From: Octopus bimaculoides
Taxonomy: Eukaryota
Length of the DNA: 33,011 bases
Direction of reading: 5' to 3'
NCBI RefSeq assembly: GCF_001194135.2
Contig: NC_068983.1
Location: 39,435,499 to 39,468,509, forward strand
Part shown: positions 1 through 11,699 of the stretch, one piece after another
How the letters are laid out: each line of letters starts with the position of its first letter
Numbering within the stretch: position 1 is the first letter of the stretch
Program-made: the position numbers and the translations under genes
Notes under the pieces: model-generated
The model's input: the letters and a program-made list of their open reading frames with translations, nothing else
Database searches by the model: none
Told to the model about the DNA's origin: nothing

Positions 1-180
1 TATATTTGCGGAAAATAATTTGAGTCGTTTTGGAGTAAACCTATGGTGCATAGTTTGCTAAAATTGCATACTGTTTCAATTCACAGATGAAGTTCTGTTT
101 TATTAAATCGCTAACACCGCTAAGAAAATAATGGCCGTCACCATATTCCCATTGATTTCCTTAAATATATATAGAGCTCA

Positions 181-259
181 TTGTTGTTGATTGTTCCTTC
201 TCGAGCCATGCCTGTTTCCCGGTTTCATTGGCGTAGAGGTTCCTCACCTGGACGGGACG
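181..259 (-). mobile_element. Probable SINE 3' tail fragment
   Basis: The minus strand ends in ...GGCATGGCTCGAGAAGGAACAATCAACAACAA, a GC-rich segment plus a (CAA)n tail. It resembles an octopus SINE tail I recall; no second copy in the window confirms it. Confidence 0.35.
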
Positions 260-564
260 ACGCGTCGGTCACAAGAGCTCTTTAGCTTGTACAAAATCTT
301 ATCAATAAGGCAGAGACATGTCATGAATAATAGAGCGCTGGACTACAATACCTCTGCTACTTTAAATGGCACATCTTTATATATATAAAAAATGTTTCCA
401 GAAAAACAAGCCGTCTTTTATGAGACAAAGTTTAAGGGTTGTATAATTAAAATATGATGAGCCATATTCTCCAGCACTTCGAACAATGGCCTCCAAACAT
501 CATTCTTCCCAAAAACTAATTCCCAAAATTACTTGAAAGTATTTTTAAAGGTGACAATGCATAT

Positions 565-777
565 TGGTTTCAAATTTTGGCACAAGAACAGTAATTTTGA
601 AGGAGGGGTTAAGTCGATTACATCGTCCCAGTGATCGAATGGAACTTATTTTATTATTCACGAAAGGATGAAGAACAAAGTTGACCAAGGTGGAATTTGA
701 ATTTAGAACGTAAAAGCGAACGAAACGCCGCTAAGCGTTTTGCCTGGCTTGCTAACGTTTCTGCCAGCTTGCAGCCT
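565..777 (-). mobile_element. tRNA-derived SINE, window family B (diverged)
   Basis: Colinear with copies at 5049-5247, 5248-5470, 14829-15045 and 27187-27358 (shared AAGTCGATTACATCG..CCAG, GAAAGGATGAA, GGAATTTGAA, CGCTAAGC..TTTGCC.GGC). Degenerate pol III A/B boxes on the minus strand. Confidence 0.85.
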
Positions 778-1224
778 CAGTGCCAACGAATATTATCAAT
801 AGCTACGTCATATACGATCACATTAGTTGGGAGGAAAATGAAGTGACGACACTTGACCATCGACATACACAAAACTGCGCTCGGGTATATGTAAATGTTT
901 TCACCACGCACTAGTCTTGTTGTGCCTCATTATTTGAAACTACGGATCATCAGAGTGAGACACCGTCATAAAAATTTAACTTCCAGTACAATATTTGTTT
1001 GAGAGAAGCGAACAATTTATTTTTGTGTGGACAGAAGCAAGATAGATATTCTTTAGAAAACATAATTTTTAATTAGCTGATAGACACGAACAATATGTTT
1101 ATTATTAATTAAAAAAATCATTAAAGTTTAAAATTTTTTAGATCATCAATATAACGGAGTCATGGAGAAAGTAAGCCTATTTATATGATAAGGAGAACAC
1201 TTACTTCTATATCAAAAATATTAC

Positions 1225-1436
1225 TACGTTCCTTGGACCCAATCAATGTTTGTATCCTGATAACTGAATACCGACTGTTATTTTACTGTCTTAAATGTCA
1301 ATTTTGTGATTTCTCATGTAGTGGAAAAACCGGTCGTAGGTTAGCAGACCGCATCACCGAACATTTATGTGACATCTGTCTAAACAACACCACATCACCA
1401 GTCGATCACTATTTCAAATCACGTGGAAACACTATA
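1225..1436 (+). pseudogene. Penelope-like element GIY-YIG endonuclease fragment (degenerate)
   Basis: ORF 1185-1439 contains LLFYCLKCQFCDFSCSGKTGRRLADRITEHLCDICLNNTTSPVDHYF, matching the PLE pattern IYCI.C..C...YIGETGR.L..R..EH.......SPV..HF. The YIG motif has decayed to CSG. An upstream GP motif lies in another frame. Confidence 0.8.
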
Positions 1437-1442
1437 TGACAG

Positions 1443-1448
<6 letters not shown>

Positions 1449-1476
<28 letters not shown>

Positions 1477-2355
1477 NNNNNNNNNNNNNNNNNNNNNNNN
1501 NNNNNNNNNNNNNNNNNNNNNNNNNNNNNNNNNNNNNNNNNNNNNNNNNNNNNNNNNNNNNNNNNNNNNNNNNNNNNNNNNNNNNNNNNNNNNNNNNNNN
1601 NNNNNNNNNNNNNNNNNNNNNNNNNNNNNNNNNNNNNNNNNNNNNNNNNNNNNNNNNNNNNNNNNNNNNNNNNNNNNNNNNNNNNNNNNNNNNNNNNNNN
1701 NNNNNNNNNNNNNNNNNNNNNNNNNNNNNNNNNNNNNNNNNNNNNNNNNNNNNNNNNNNNNNNNNNNNNNNNNNNNNNNNNNNNNNNNNNNNNNNNNNNN
1801 NNNNNNNNNNNNNNNNNNNNNNNNNNNNNNNNNNNNNNNNNNNNNNNNNNNNNNNNNNNNNNNNNNNNNNNNNNNNNNNNNNNNNNNNNNNNNNNNNNNN
1901 NNNNNNNNNNNNNNNNNNNNNNNNNNNNNNNNNNNNNNNNNNNNNNNNNNNNNNNNNNNNNNNNNNNNNNNNNNNNNNNNNNNNNNNNNNNNNNNNNNNN
2001 NNNNNNNNNNNNNNNNNNNNNNNNNNNNNNNNNNNNNNNNNNNNNNNNNNNNNNNNNNNNNNNNNNNNNNNNNNNNNNNNNNNNNNNNNNNNNNNNNNNN
2101 NNNNNNNNNNNNNNNNNNNNNNNNNNNNNNNNNNNNNNNNNNNNNNNNNCACACCGTCGCACACACACACACACACGCACACACACACACACGCACACAC
2201 ATACCCTCGCACACATACACACGCACACACACATACACACACGCACACACACACTCACACACACACGCACACACACCGTCACACACACACGCACGCACAC
2301 ACACATACTCTAACACATGCACACACATACACACACCCTCGCATGCACAGATATT
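1449..2355. repeat. (CA)n microsatellite spanning assembly gap 1477-2149
   Basis: Pure and degenerate CA repeats on both sides of a 673-N gap. Confidence 0.95.
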
Positions 2356-3466
2356 CACAGTTAAATAATTTAATATGTCTGGGAACTGATGCCTTTGCAC
2401 ATGCATAAGAAAGTGTTGAAGATGACATTATCCACAATCTACATTTTTAAAGATTCTGGCGTTATTTGAGGGAAATTCGGCTACTATTTCCAGTAAGTAG
2501 ATCGATTATATAGATTCTCCGTCGTTGTCTGGAGTAATAAAAATATCTATGTAGTTTGTCTTTAGCTCCATTTTCTCCTGCATAAAGTGGATGTGAAACA
2601 GCTGTGTTCCGGTATAAAGCACTAGACTACGAACGATATATGTTATATTTTCAGACGAACTGGCTATTAATTTCCTGTCTATGTCGGGACAAGAATTAAT
2701 GATTCACGTGCGCAGAATATATTCTCGGTCATTTGTGCTTTGTACATTTGCAGAAATAGAGTAACTTTAAAATGTCGTGTTTAGAATGAGTTATAAATAA
2801 TTAAAATGAAAAGCTAGACAAAATCAATATTATATCTCCAGTTTCCCCAAGATCACATTTACACGCATTCGCTCGTCTCAATTCGGCTACACTGAATATA
2901 ATCTGTTGAGTGTTTTCGTTGTGAACCGACATTTACCTATTTTGATGTGTGGACGGTTTTACATAGCAAGAAAAGCCAATCACATGTTGCTGTACTTGTT
3001 AATAAGCTATCAGCAGCTAAAACACACTTTACTCACAAGCATTGCCATGCCATGCTTTCACTAGGCGAAACCAATTAATGCTTCTAATAGTGTGGTATTT
3101 TCGAATGCATACAGAAACATTTACAAACTTTGTATGATTTCTCTCAATCAGACGACATTGTTCCGTTTCGTTATTGTTTTTCAATCGCGGTCTTAAAGCA
3201 ATATTAAAAGCAAGAAAGAAATGGAATTGGTTATGTTCAGTTTCCTAACACAGAGTTCAGGTGGAAAGGTAATAGCTTATTTAATAGTTTCTAAGTTCCT
3301 ATCAAGTTCATATTTAAGGTTCGTTCGAGTTGTGAATCTTTGTATAATTAAAATCGTTTCGAATAGAAACAAGTGTTCTTAATAGAAAAGATATTATTTT
3401 CAGAACTTGTTCGTATATACAGTTAATCATACAAAATCCGCTCCTTTTTCTCTTTCTTTTTCTTAC

Positions 3467-3523
3467 TCCCTCTTTCCGTCGATACCACGTTTGCTCGATC
3501 GTCATATAGCTCAATATAGAACT
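3467..3523 (-). CDS. Candidate 57-nt internal exon (phase 1-1 reading xFYIELYDDRANVVSTERG)
   Basis: tagctttatag|AGTTC...GAGGGA|gtaaga. Open in the phase-1 frame and also in phase 0. No homology recognised. Confidence 0.25.
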
Positions 3524-3732
3524 CTATAAAGCTACTTAACCAGCCGGCTTTCAATCAGTTTATTTATCTACTTATCTCTATCTATGATATATCTATCTCT
3601 TTCTGTGCATACATCGCTTCCTTCTCCATCTCGATGGTAACAATAAAGTTTCTAAAATTGACACAGAATTTCAAAGGAAGGCTTTGGCTCAATAGCAAAA
3701 CGCATGCCATGTTTACAGGAGAAGTGGATATG

Positions 3733-3941
3733 TGTGTGTTTGTGTTGTCGCCCACCACCGCTTGACAACCAGCGTTGGTGTGTTTACATCCCGTAACTTA
3801 ACGGTTCGGAAAAAGAGAAACCGATAAAATTAGAACCAGGCTAAAAAAAAATTGTACTGGGGCCGATACATCCGACGTAAGTTCTTCAAAACGGTGTAAC
3901 AGTATGGCCACAACCAAAATGACTGAAACAAATAGAAGATA
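3733..3941 (+). mobile_element. SINE family A, 3' half (diverged variant)
   Basis: CGCTTGACAACC..GTTGGTGTGTTTACATCCCGTAACTTAACGGTTCGG...ATGACTGAAACAA matches the 3' half of the full copies at 16405 and 30516. Confidence 0.85.
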
Positions 3942-4400
3942 TTAGAGATAATATATATATATATATAAGGGGTGTGCGTATGCATGTGTGTGTGTGTGTA
4001 TACATATACTATATTCGTATGGATATATACACATACAGACACACACACACACACATGCGCGCATGTATATATAGAAGTGCTAATGTTAAGCTATTAAATT
4101 ATAAGATAGAAACAATAGGCATTTGAAGATGAAAAGACAATTTTCACAAAATTATTTTTACATGAATCAGATTGATCATATTTAGTTGGCTTGGATATTA
4201 AGCTCTGCCTTTCGTAGTTTGTTCAAACCAGTATATAGTTAGCAATGTATTTGAAAGATATTCTCAAACACCTTAACACCATGAGCAAATGATTTTAAAA
4301 GGACTGAAATCATTAGCATTCCTTTACGCAATAATTCTTATTTTGCATCCTTGCAAATTCTTCGGACGGGGCTGGCTGGCGGTTTATTTAATGATTTAGC

Positions 4401-4716
4401 ATTGCAACTAGCTGCTTTTATTAATTTTTGTATGCATATTAGCAATCTGCTAAATCATTCATATATTTTTATGGTAAAAACATATATTCTGGTAGGTGAG
4501 GTTGCTCAGAATCTGTCGAACGAGCTGGCCTTACTGACGATGGCTACGGAAATAGCCAAAGCTGACCTGTCAGTTTAGGGATTTCTTGGTTTTGTGTTCG
4601 GGGCAATTGCAGCCCTTATCAGAAAGTATGTTATGTGCATTATAACAGCATTAGAGAAGTTTTAGCTCTTATTTCTATCAATGTAGGTGTCTTGTACACC
4701 CTTAGTCACGTTTAGT
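4401..4716. mobile_element. Partial diverged copy (spacer plus one arm) of the foldback element at 19574-20149
   Basis: 4401-4490 matches the reverse complement of the 19820-19910 spacer. 4510-4716 matches the arm (CGAGCTGGC.TTACTGA.GATGGC.ACGGAAAT.GCC; CAGCATTAGAG...ATTTCTA.CAATGTAGGTGT...CTAGTCAC.TTTAGT). Confidence 0.75.
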
Positions 4717-4911
4717 TTACGACTATAATTATCCTTTAAGGTTTAATATTGCAACTAGCTGTTTTTATTAATTTTTCATTAATGAGGGTTCGACAAATTC
4801 TTGCTGAACAACCACACTGATGATTTGTTTATAATGATAAAATATTTGTGTAGCCATAAACTCACTCCTTCCATCAGATCGACATTATCTGTACAGGTGC
4901 AACGGATGCCA

Positions 4912-5034
4912 GACTCGAAAGAATGAAAGGTATAGGTGATACCGGCGGTATTTGGACTTAGAAAGTCAGGACGTACGAAATACTGCTAAGCGCTTTGTCT
5001 GCTGTGGTAACGATTCTTCCAGCTCGCCGACCTT
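4912..5034 (-). mobile_element. SINE family B, head fragment
   Basis: GAAAGAATGAAAGG...CTGCTAAGCGCTTTG...AACGATTCTTCCAGCTCGCCGACCTT, homologous to neighbouring copies. Confidence 0.75.
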
Positions 5035-5048
5035 CGCTAAGTTAATAT

Positions 5049-5247
5049 TGGTTGCAAATTTTGGCGCAAGGCCAGCAATTTAGGGGGAGGGTTTAAGTCG
5101 ATTACATCCACCCCAGTCAGTACTCTGCAAGTAATTATCTTATTGACCCTGAAAAGATGAAAGGCAAAGTCAATATCGGCGGCATTTGAAGTCAGAACGG
5201 TGAGACGAAATGCCGCTAAGCATTTTGCCTGGCGTGCTAACAATTCT
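5049..5247 (-). mobile_element. SINE family B
   Basis: Near-full copy colinear with 565-777; its 5' head is cut off by the next copy. Confidence 0.9.
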
Positions 5248-5470
5248 TATTTCTTTATTGCCCACAAGGGGCTAAACATAGAGGGGACAAACAAAGGTAA
5301 TAAGTCGATTACATTGACCCCAGTGCGTAACTGACACTTAATTTATCGACCCGAAAAGGATGAAAAGCAAAGTCGACCTCAGCGGAATTCGAACTCAGAA
5401 CGTAGCGGTAGACGAAATACCGCTAAGCATTTCGCCCGGCGTGCTAACAATTCTGCCAACTCGCTGCCTT
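5248..5470 (-). mobile_element. SINE family B (alternative-tail subfamily)
   Basis: Minus-strand B box GAGTTCGAATTCC (plus strand GGAATTCGAACTC near 5384-5396) and head AAGGCAGCGAGTTGGCAGAATTGTTAGC. The tail differs from other copies (TTCTTTATTGCCCACAAGGGGCTAAACATAGAGGGGAC). Confidence 0.9.
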
Positions 5471-5619
5471 CACTAAGTTAATCAAAGGCTATTTCTCTTT
5501 TAATATAATGTGGTAGGATACAACGGAGAGTTAGCTGCAATTTCTAGTAGGTCACTGAAAGATCTACCATTGTTTCTATATATGTCAAGGTTTGGTATGG
5601 AAGTAGTTAGAGGTATTTA

Positions 5620-6114
<495 letters not shown>

Positions 6115-6339
6115 GTGGTTTACACACTATTATGTCATACAATAGAGTAGAGTATGACCTAAACGCTATATATTGTGTTATTCCTCAAAGTATTATAGTG
6201 TGGTTCGATTCTCAGCAACGACAAATGACAAATTATGCACGATGCAGATCATGAAATATGGCGACCGCATAAGTCACGATAAAAGACGAAGGTTAAATCC
6301 ACTGGAATGAAAGAGAGAAAGAGCCAGCATGAAAGGATA

Positions 6340-6852
6340 CATAGGTACATTTACATACATGCATACACGCATACATACATACATAAATATATATGTATGT
6401 GTGTATATATATATATATATATNNNNNNNNNNNNNNNNNNNNNNNNNNNNNNNNNNNNNNNNNNNNNNNNNNNNNNNNNNNNNNNNNNNNNNNNNNNNNN
6501 NNNNNNNNNNNNNNNNNNNNNNNNNNNNNNNNNNNNNNNNNNNNNNNNNNNNNNNNNNNNNNNNNNNNNNNNNNNNNNNNNNNNNNNNNNNNNNNNNNNN
6601 NNNNNNNNNNNNNNNNNNNNNNNNNNNNNNNNNNNNNNNNNNNNNNNNNNNNNNNNNNNNNNNNNNNNNNNNNNNNNNNNNNNNNNNNNNNNNNNNNNNN
6701 NNNNNNNNNNNNNNNNNNNNNNNNNNNNNNNNNNNNNNNNNNNNNNNNNNNNNNNNNNNNNNNNNNNNNNNNNNNNNNNNNNNNNNNNNNNNNNNNNNNN
6801 NNNNNNNNNNNNNNATATGTACATATATATCTGTTTATCTTTCTGTCTGCCA

Positions 6853-6920
<68 letters not shown>

Positions 6921-7142
6921 GTCTGTCTGTCTGTCTGTCTACACACACACACACACATACTTAATACATACATACATACACACGCGCACACATATATACG
7001 CACACGTATATACATATATGCGTTTAAGTATTACAGATGTATAGAAAAAGAAAGAAAGAGGTAGAGATAGAAATAAATAGATAGCTAGATAAATAGTTTG
7101 ATAGAGATGGAGAGAGAGTGAGGAGAGAGAGAGAGACTGAGA

Positions 7143-7212
<70 letters not shown>
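6340..7212. repeat. Compound microsatellite block (TA)n / gap 6423-6814 / (ATCT)n / (GTCT)n / (CA)n / (GA)n
   Basis: Read directly from the sequence. Confidence 0.95.
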
Positions 7213-7214
<2 letters not shown>

Positions 7215-7519
7215 CTGTCATTGTAAATTTCAGGAGAAAATAAAACGAAGAAACCTATATTACACTCGGGTATTTTCTCGAACTTAGAAAATTTCTGTGA
7301 AACCTATTGAAATAGCTAGGCTGGGAATCGTGAATTATAGAGAGTTGATATGATTCTGATTAAATACGAAATAAAAGCTAGAGGTAAGAGGATGATGGGA
7401 TACCAACTAAGGCAATGTAAAACAACGTAACCTTCTTCCCGCTAATGGAAGAGAGAATTGGTTCCTGTTTTATGTGATGATGGTAAAGGTACTGGTGACG
7501 GTTCTAATAATGGTGGTAG

Positions 7520-7749
7520 GCCATTGTGCATGTGTATGTGTGTGTGTGTACATGTGTGCGCGCGTACATGCATATGACTGCTGTGTTTGTGATCTCTCTT
7601 TTTCTCTCTACATATATATGTATACACTTACGCACACGCACACACAAGCACACACACGCTTACACACTCACACTTTCACACACTCACACACACAGAGTCA
7701 CTCAAACATACACACATATACATGGTATATTTATCAGTCTATCTCTCCG

Positions 7750-7814
<65 letters not shown>

Positions 7815-8350
7815 TTGTCTGTCTGTGTATCTGTCTGCCTGTCTGTCTGTCAATATGAGTGCTTTGTATTTCATATCTGTGTGTGAATGCGTAGCTATAT
7901 ATATATATATATATNNNNNNNNNNNNNNNNNNNNNNNNNNNNNNNNNNNNNNNNNNNNNNNNNNNNNNNNNNNNNNNNNNNNNNNNNNNNNNNNNNNNNN
8001 NNNNNNNNNNNNNNNNNNNNNNNNNNNNNNNNNNNNNNNNNNNNNNNNNNNNNNNNNNNNNNNNNNNNNNNNNNNNNNNNNNNNNNNNNNNNNNNNNNNN
8101 NNNNNNNNNNNNNNNNNNNNNNNNNNNNNNNNNNNNNNNNNNNNNNNNNNNNNNNNNNNNNNNNNNNNNNNNNNNNNNNNNNNNNNNNNNNNNNNNNNNN
8201 NNNNNNATATATTTATACAGATATATATATATATACAAGGGTTTTATATATATACAAAATTATTGTATAAGTATGAGTGTATGAGCGTATGAGTACATAA
8301 TTATATGTATGCGCAGGTTGATGTGCTAGTGTATTTATGTATGTATGTAG
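7520..8350. repeat. Compound microsatellite block (TG)/(CA), (ATCT)n, (TA)n with gap 7915-8206
   Basis: Read directly from the sequence. Confidence 0.9.
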
Positions 8351-8686
8351 GAGGGGGTCCCTGCTGGGTCTTATGATGGACAATCGTTAATTTCTGCTTT
8401 TTATCATATTTTGATATATATAAAAAAAGAAGAAAATCAGAATAATAAAAATAATGTAAAGGACAAGAGATATCGTATTCATTCTCGAAAGATTTACGAA
8501 CTGGAGTGATTGATTAGTGGACGAATGTGGCATGACCTACAAACAATTGTTCTCTTTATTGTAAGCCAGCTCTGGGAAAATTAAGCGAATGATGTGAACA
8601 TGTTCTGACATTTAGTTGAAATCTGAAGGAAATTACTGACCGAGTAAAGATTTTATGACAATCCCCAAACGTTTATATCATTTTAC

Positions 8687-8831
8687 CTGCTCGTATGAAC
8701 CCACTTAACTCGGCTCTGCTCCCCAAACCAATAAGCTCACTATGAATTAGTCTGTTGTTACTGCTGCCTTCATATTGATCAATTCGGTGTATCGAAGAAT
8801 AACGGTGTAAATGTCCTTCTGTTGTCTTAAT
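8687..8831 (-). CDS. Candidate 145-nt internal exon, phase 0-1: IKTTEGHLHRYSSIHRIDQYEGSSNNRLIHSELIGLGSRAELSGFIRA
   Basis: Acceptor tttactcttctcag| and donor GCAG|gtaaaa. Exactly one of three frames is open over 48 codons, in unique non-repeat DNA. No homology recognised. Confidence 0.45.
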
Positions 8832-9074
8832 CTGAGAAGAGTAAACTAGTTAATTGCTAATCTATAAACCGAACTTATCGAAACTCTCATCCGACATCAT
8901 TAAATATTAAACAAGAATGACAATTGTTGTAATAAAACTGTATTTATTTCAAGACGAAGTATTTTAATATCTCTGGGAAAATAGATAAGCAACAATTACA
9001 ACTGTGGGGATGGCGGTGGTGATTATCTTAATGATAACGATGATAATAGTAATGGTAGTAATTACACCTACACT

Positions 9075-9335
9075 GCTACATGCACACACATACACACACG
9101 CACACACGCACACACGCATACGTATGTATGTATGTATATCTATGTATCCATATACATATATATACATATGTATATATATATGTATATATATATACGTATA
9201 AGTATGTGTTTATGAATTCATATGTATAAGTATATATGCATACATATATACGTATAAGTATATATGTATACACATATGCATAATTATATATATATGTAGA
9301 TATGCATATATATGTATATGTATAAGTGTGTATAA

Positions 9336-9396
<61 letters not shown>

Positions 9397-9420
9397 TATA
9401 TATGTATAAGTATGTGTAAG

Positions 9421-9451
<31 letters not shown>

Positions 9452-9475
9452 ATGTGTCTGTGTGTCATATACAAA
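9075..9475. repeat. Degenerate (TA)n/(TATG)n microsatellite
   Basis: Read directly from the sequence. Confidence 0.9.
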
Positions 9476-9870
9476 CATAGAAATATAGTTATCTATGTGT
9501 ATCTCTATATGTCTGCTTGTCTCTTCCGTTCCACCTATCTGTGTGTTATATGCTCGTTAACACGACATGTAGTACTCAACAGGGAACATCATAATTTGTC
9601 ATAACGAGGTTTTTGTCATTAAAGTCCTCAAGATATATTCATATGAATTATAAATTATTTGCGGCTAAGACATGAACTGTATAAAGTGAAAGAATAAATA
9701 GATGAGTCAACATGTGATTCATGATATACAGGGAATATCCAAAAATTTACCACGTAGCAAAACTGCCACTGCCAAACATTCTGTTTCAAGAACTGTACCT
9801 CTCATCAGACGGTGTCAATTTAAAAGATAGAATCCCCTCAATGACCAGTAATATAAGGCATCAGCCACAG

Positions 9871-9957
9871 AGCTGGTCGTAAAAACTTCAAGACGGTGTC
9901 CCAGCATGGCTGCAGTCTAATGACTGAAACAAATAAACGATAAAAGATGAAAAATAA
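9871..9957 (+). mobile_element. SINE family A tail fragment
   Basis: GACGGTGTCCCAGCATGGCTGCAGTCTAATGACTGAAACAAATAAA matches the family A 3' end. Confidence 0.75.
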
Positions 9958-10097
9958 AGGTGTGCGTTTTATGTAATTTAAAGGTGAAATTTGGAAATAC
10001 ATCAACTTAAAATTTCATGTTTCCGATTATCAAACAACGTTTTCACGTGGTATTATGTTAGTTGTTATACAATTGACGATACATTCAACGTTGTTGA

Positions 10098-11062
10098 ATA
10101 CTAGCGGGACCCGTGAATATTTCACGGAATTAATGGTAAAACTACTGAGTTATGTCTCAAAGCTTTATCCAAAAAACCTGAAAGCGTAGCCTGTGCTGTG
10201 TATATATGGAAAGATAGTCGTTCATCTGTTGCTCATTGAAAACTGAAAGAAACTGGAATACGATGGTTATTTAATGCACTTTATATACACACTTTATATA
10301 ATTTATGCACGATTTTATAGACTTAATACACACCACTCATAAAATAGATATTCACTTTTATTTTTCCATTTTTCCCATAAAAAATATCGCCGTACATATG
10401 ATATAACCTTTAGTTAAATTGCACTTATCTGCCACGTAAATAATAAGCGTGAATATTTCACGGAATTGCAATTACGCGCATGCGCAATGTGATAGGTGAT
10501 ATAAAAAATTAGTTCAATTTAAAAAATACACTTTTCACTATTCACTCACCACCACCACCACCACCACCACTACCACCACCACCACCACTACCACCACCAC
10601 CACCTACCCCCTCTCTCTGCCTCCTGTCTCTCTCTCCCTCTTTCTCTACATCTCTCTCTCTGCCTTTAATCTCACCATCAGAATATCACTCCTATGCTAA
10701 AATATTTTAAACTCTCCTCCTCTATACCACTACCTTCAATTAACTTTTTAAACCACGTAATAAATATTACATTCCCCCTACCTCACGTTATGGACGCTTC
10801 TCTCTCTCTCTCTTTTTTTGTCTTACTGTTCGCCTTATCCTCCTTTTCTCTCTCCTTTTTCTTCCTCCCTCTTGTACTCTCTTCCCCTTCAAATAATCAC
10901 GTGAAAGCAATACAATTACGTTCCCTCTACCTCACGTCATGAACGCTTCAATCTCCCTCTTTTCTCTCTCCGTCTTTTTATGTATCACGTTATTTCTCTA
11001 ATCACGTGAAAGCGTTACAGACGGGCTAAGTAACTGAATGTTAAGCAGAATTATTATGAGGT
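10098..11062 (+). mobile_element. Possible non-autonomous Helitron/Helentron-like (HINE/DINE-1-type) element
   Basis: Starts ATACTAGC followed by the subterminal palindrome CCGTGAATATTTCACGG. Contains (CAC)n and (CT)n tracts and imperfect tandem units (CCCCTACCTCACGT.ATG.ACGCTTC at ~10775 and ~10922), and ends near CGTGAAAGCGTTACAGAC, reminiscent of Lep1-type elements. Boundaries are uncertain. Confidence 0.4.
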
Positions 11063-11250
11063 ACTCTATTTCGTGTATCAGTACTTTTCCTCTTGTTTGT
11101 AATTTCAAGTGTACCCTGCACATACACACACATGCACACACATATCAACCTAGCTAGCTAGCTAGCTAGCTACCTACCTACCTACCTACCTACCTATTTA
11201 TTTACCTACCTACCTATTTATTTACCTACCTACCTATCTATCGACCGACA

Positions 11251-11429
11251 AACCATCGCTTGACAACCGATGTTGGTGTGTTTACGTCCCCGTAACTTAG
11301 CGGTTCGGCAAAAGAGAACCGATAGAATAAGTACTAGGCTTACAAAGAATAAGTCCTGGGGTCGATTTGCTCGACTAAAGGCGGTGCTCCAGCATGGCCG
11401 CAGTCAACTGACTGAAACAAGTGAAAGAA
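11251..11429 (+). mobile_element. SINE family A, 3' half
   Basis: CCATCGCTTGACAACCGATGTTGGTGTGTTTACGTCCCCGTAACTTAGCGGTTCGGCAAAAGAG...GACTGAAACAAG, nearly identical to 16620-16790 and preceded by (CCTA)n. Confidence 0.9.
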
Positions 11430-11568
11430 CATATAGAACAATGACCGACAATGTTTCAATTGCGGCAGCTACACATTGCTCTGTATGTAATTATGCATCC
11501 TAGTCGCTGCAATTTCATCAAGAGTCCATCACTTGCATATATATGAACATATATACATAAATATATAT

Positions 11569-11699
<131 letters not shown>

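Noticed and set aside
1409-2406. HT/CV-repeat ORFs here and at 5.7, 11.5, 15.2 and 31.5 kb
   Set aside because: Stop-free translations of (CA)n/(TG)n microsatellites and gaps.
3254-3268. Plus-strand 15-nt microexon-like signal (AGTTCAGGTGGAAAG|gtaata)
   Set aside because: Isolated. It shows that microexon-like patterns arise by chance on both strands and lowers confidence in the minus-strand ones.
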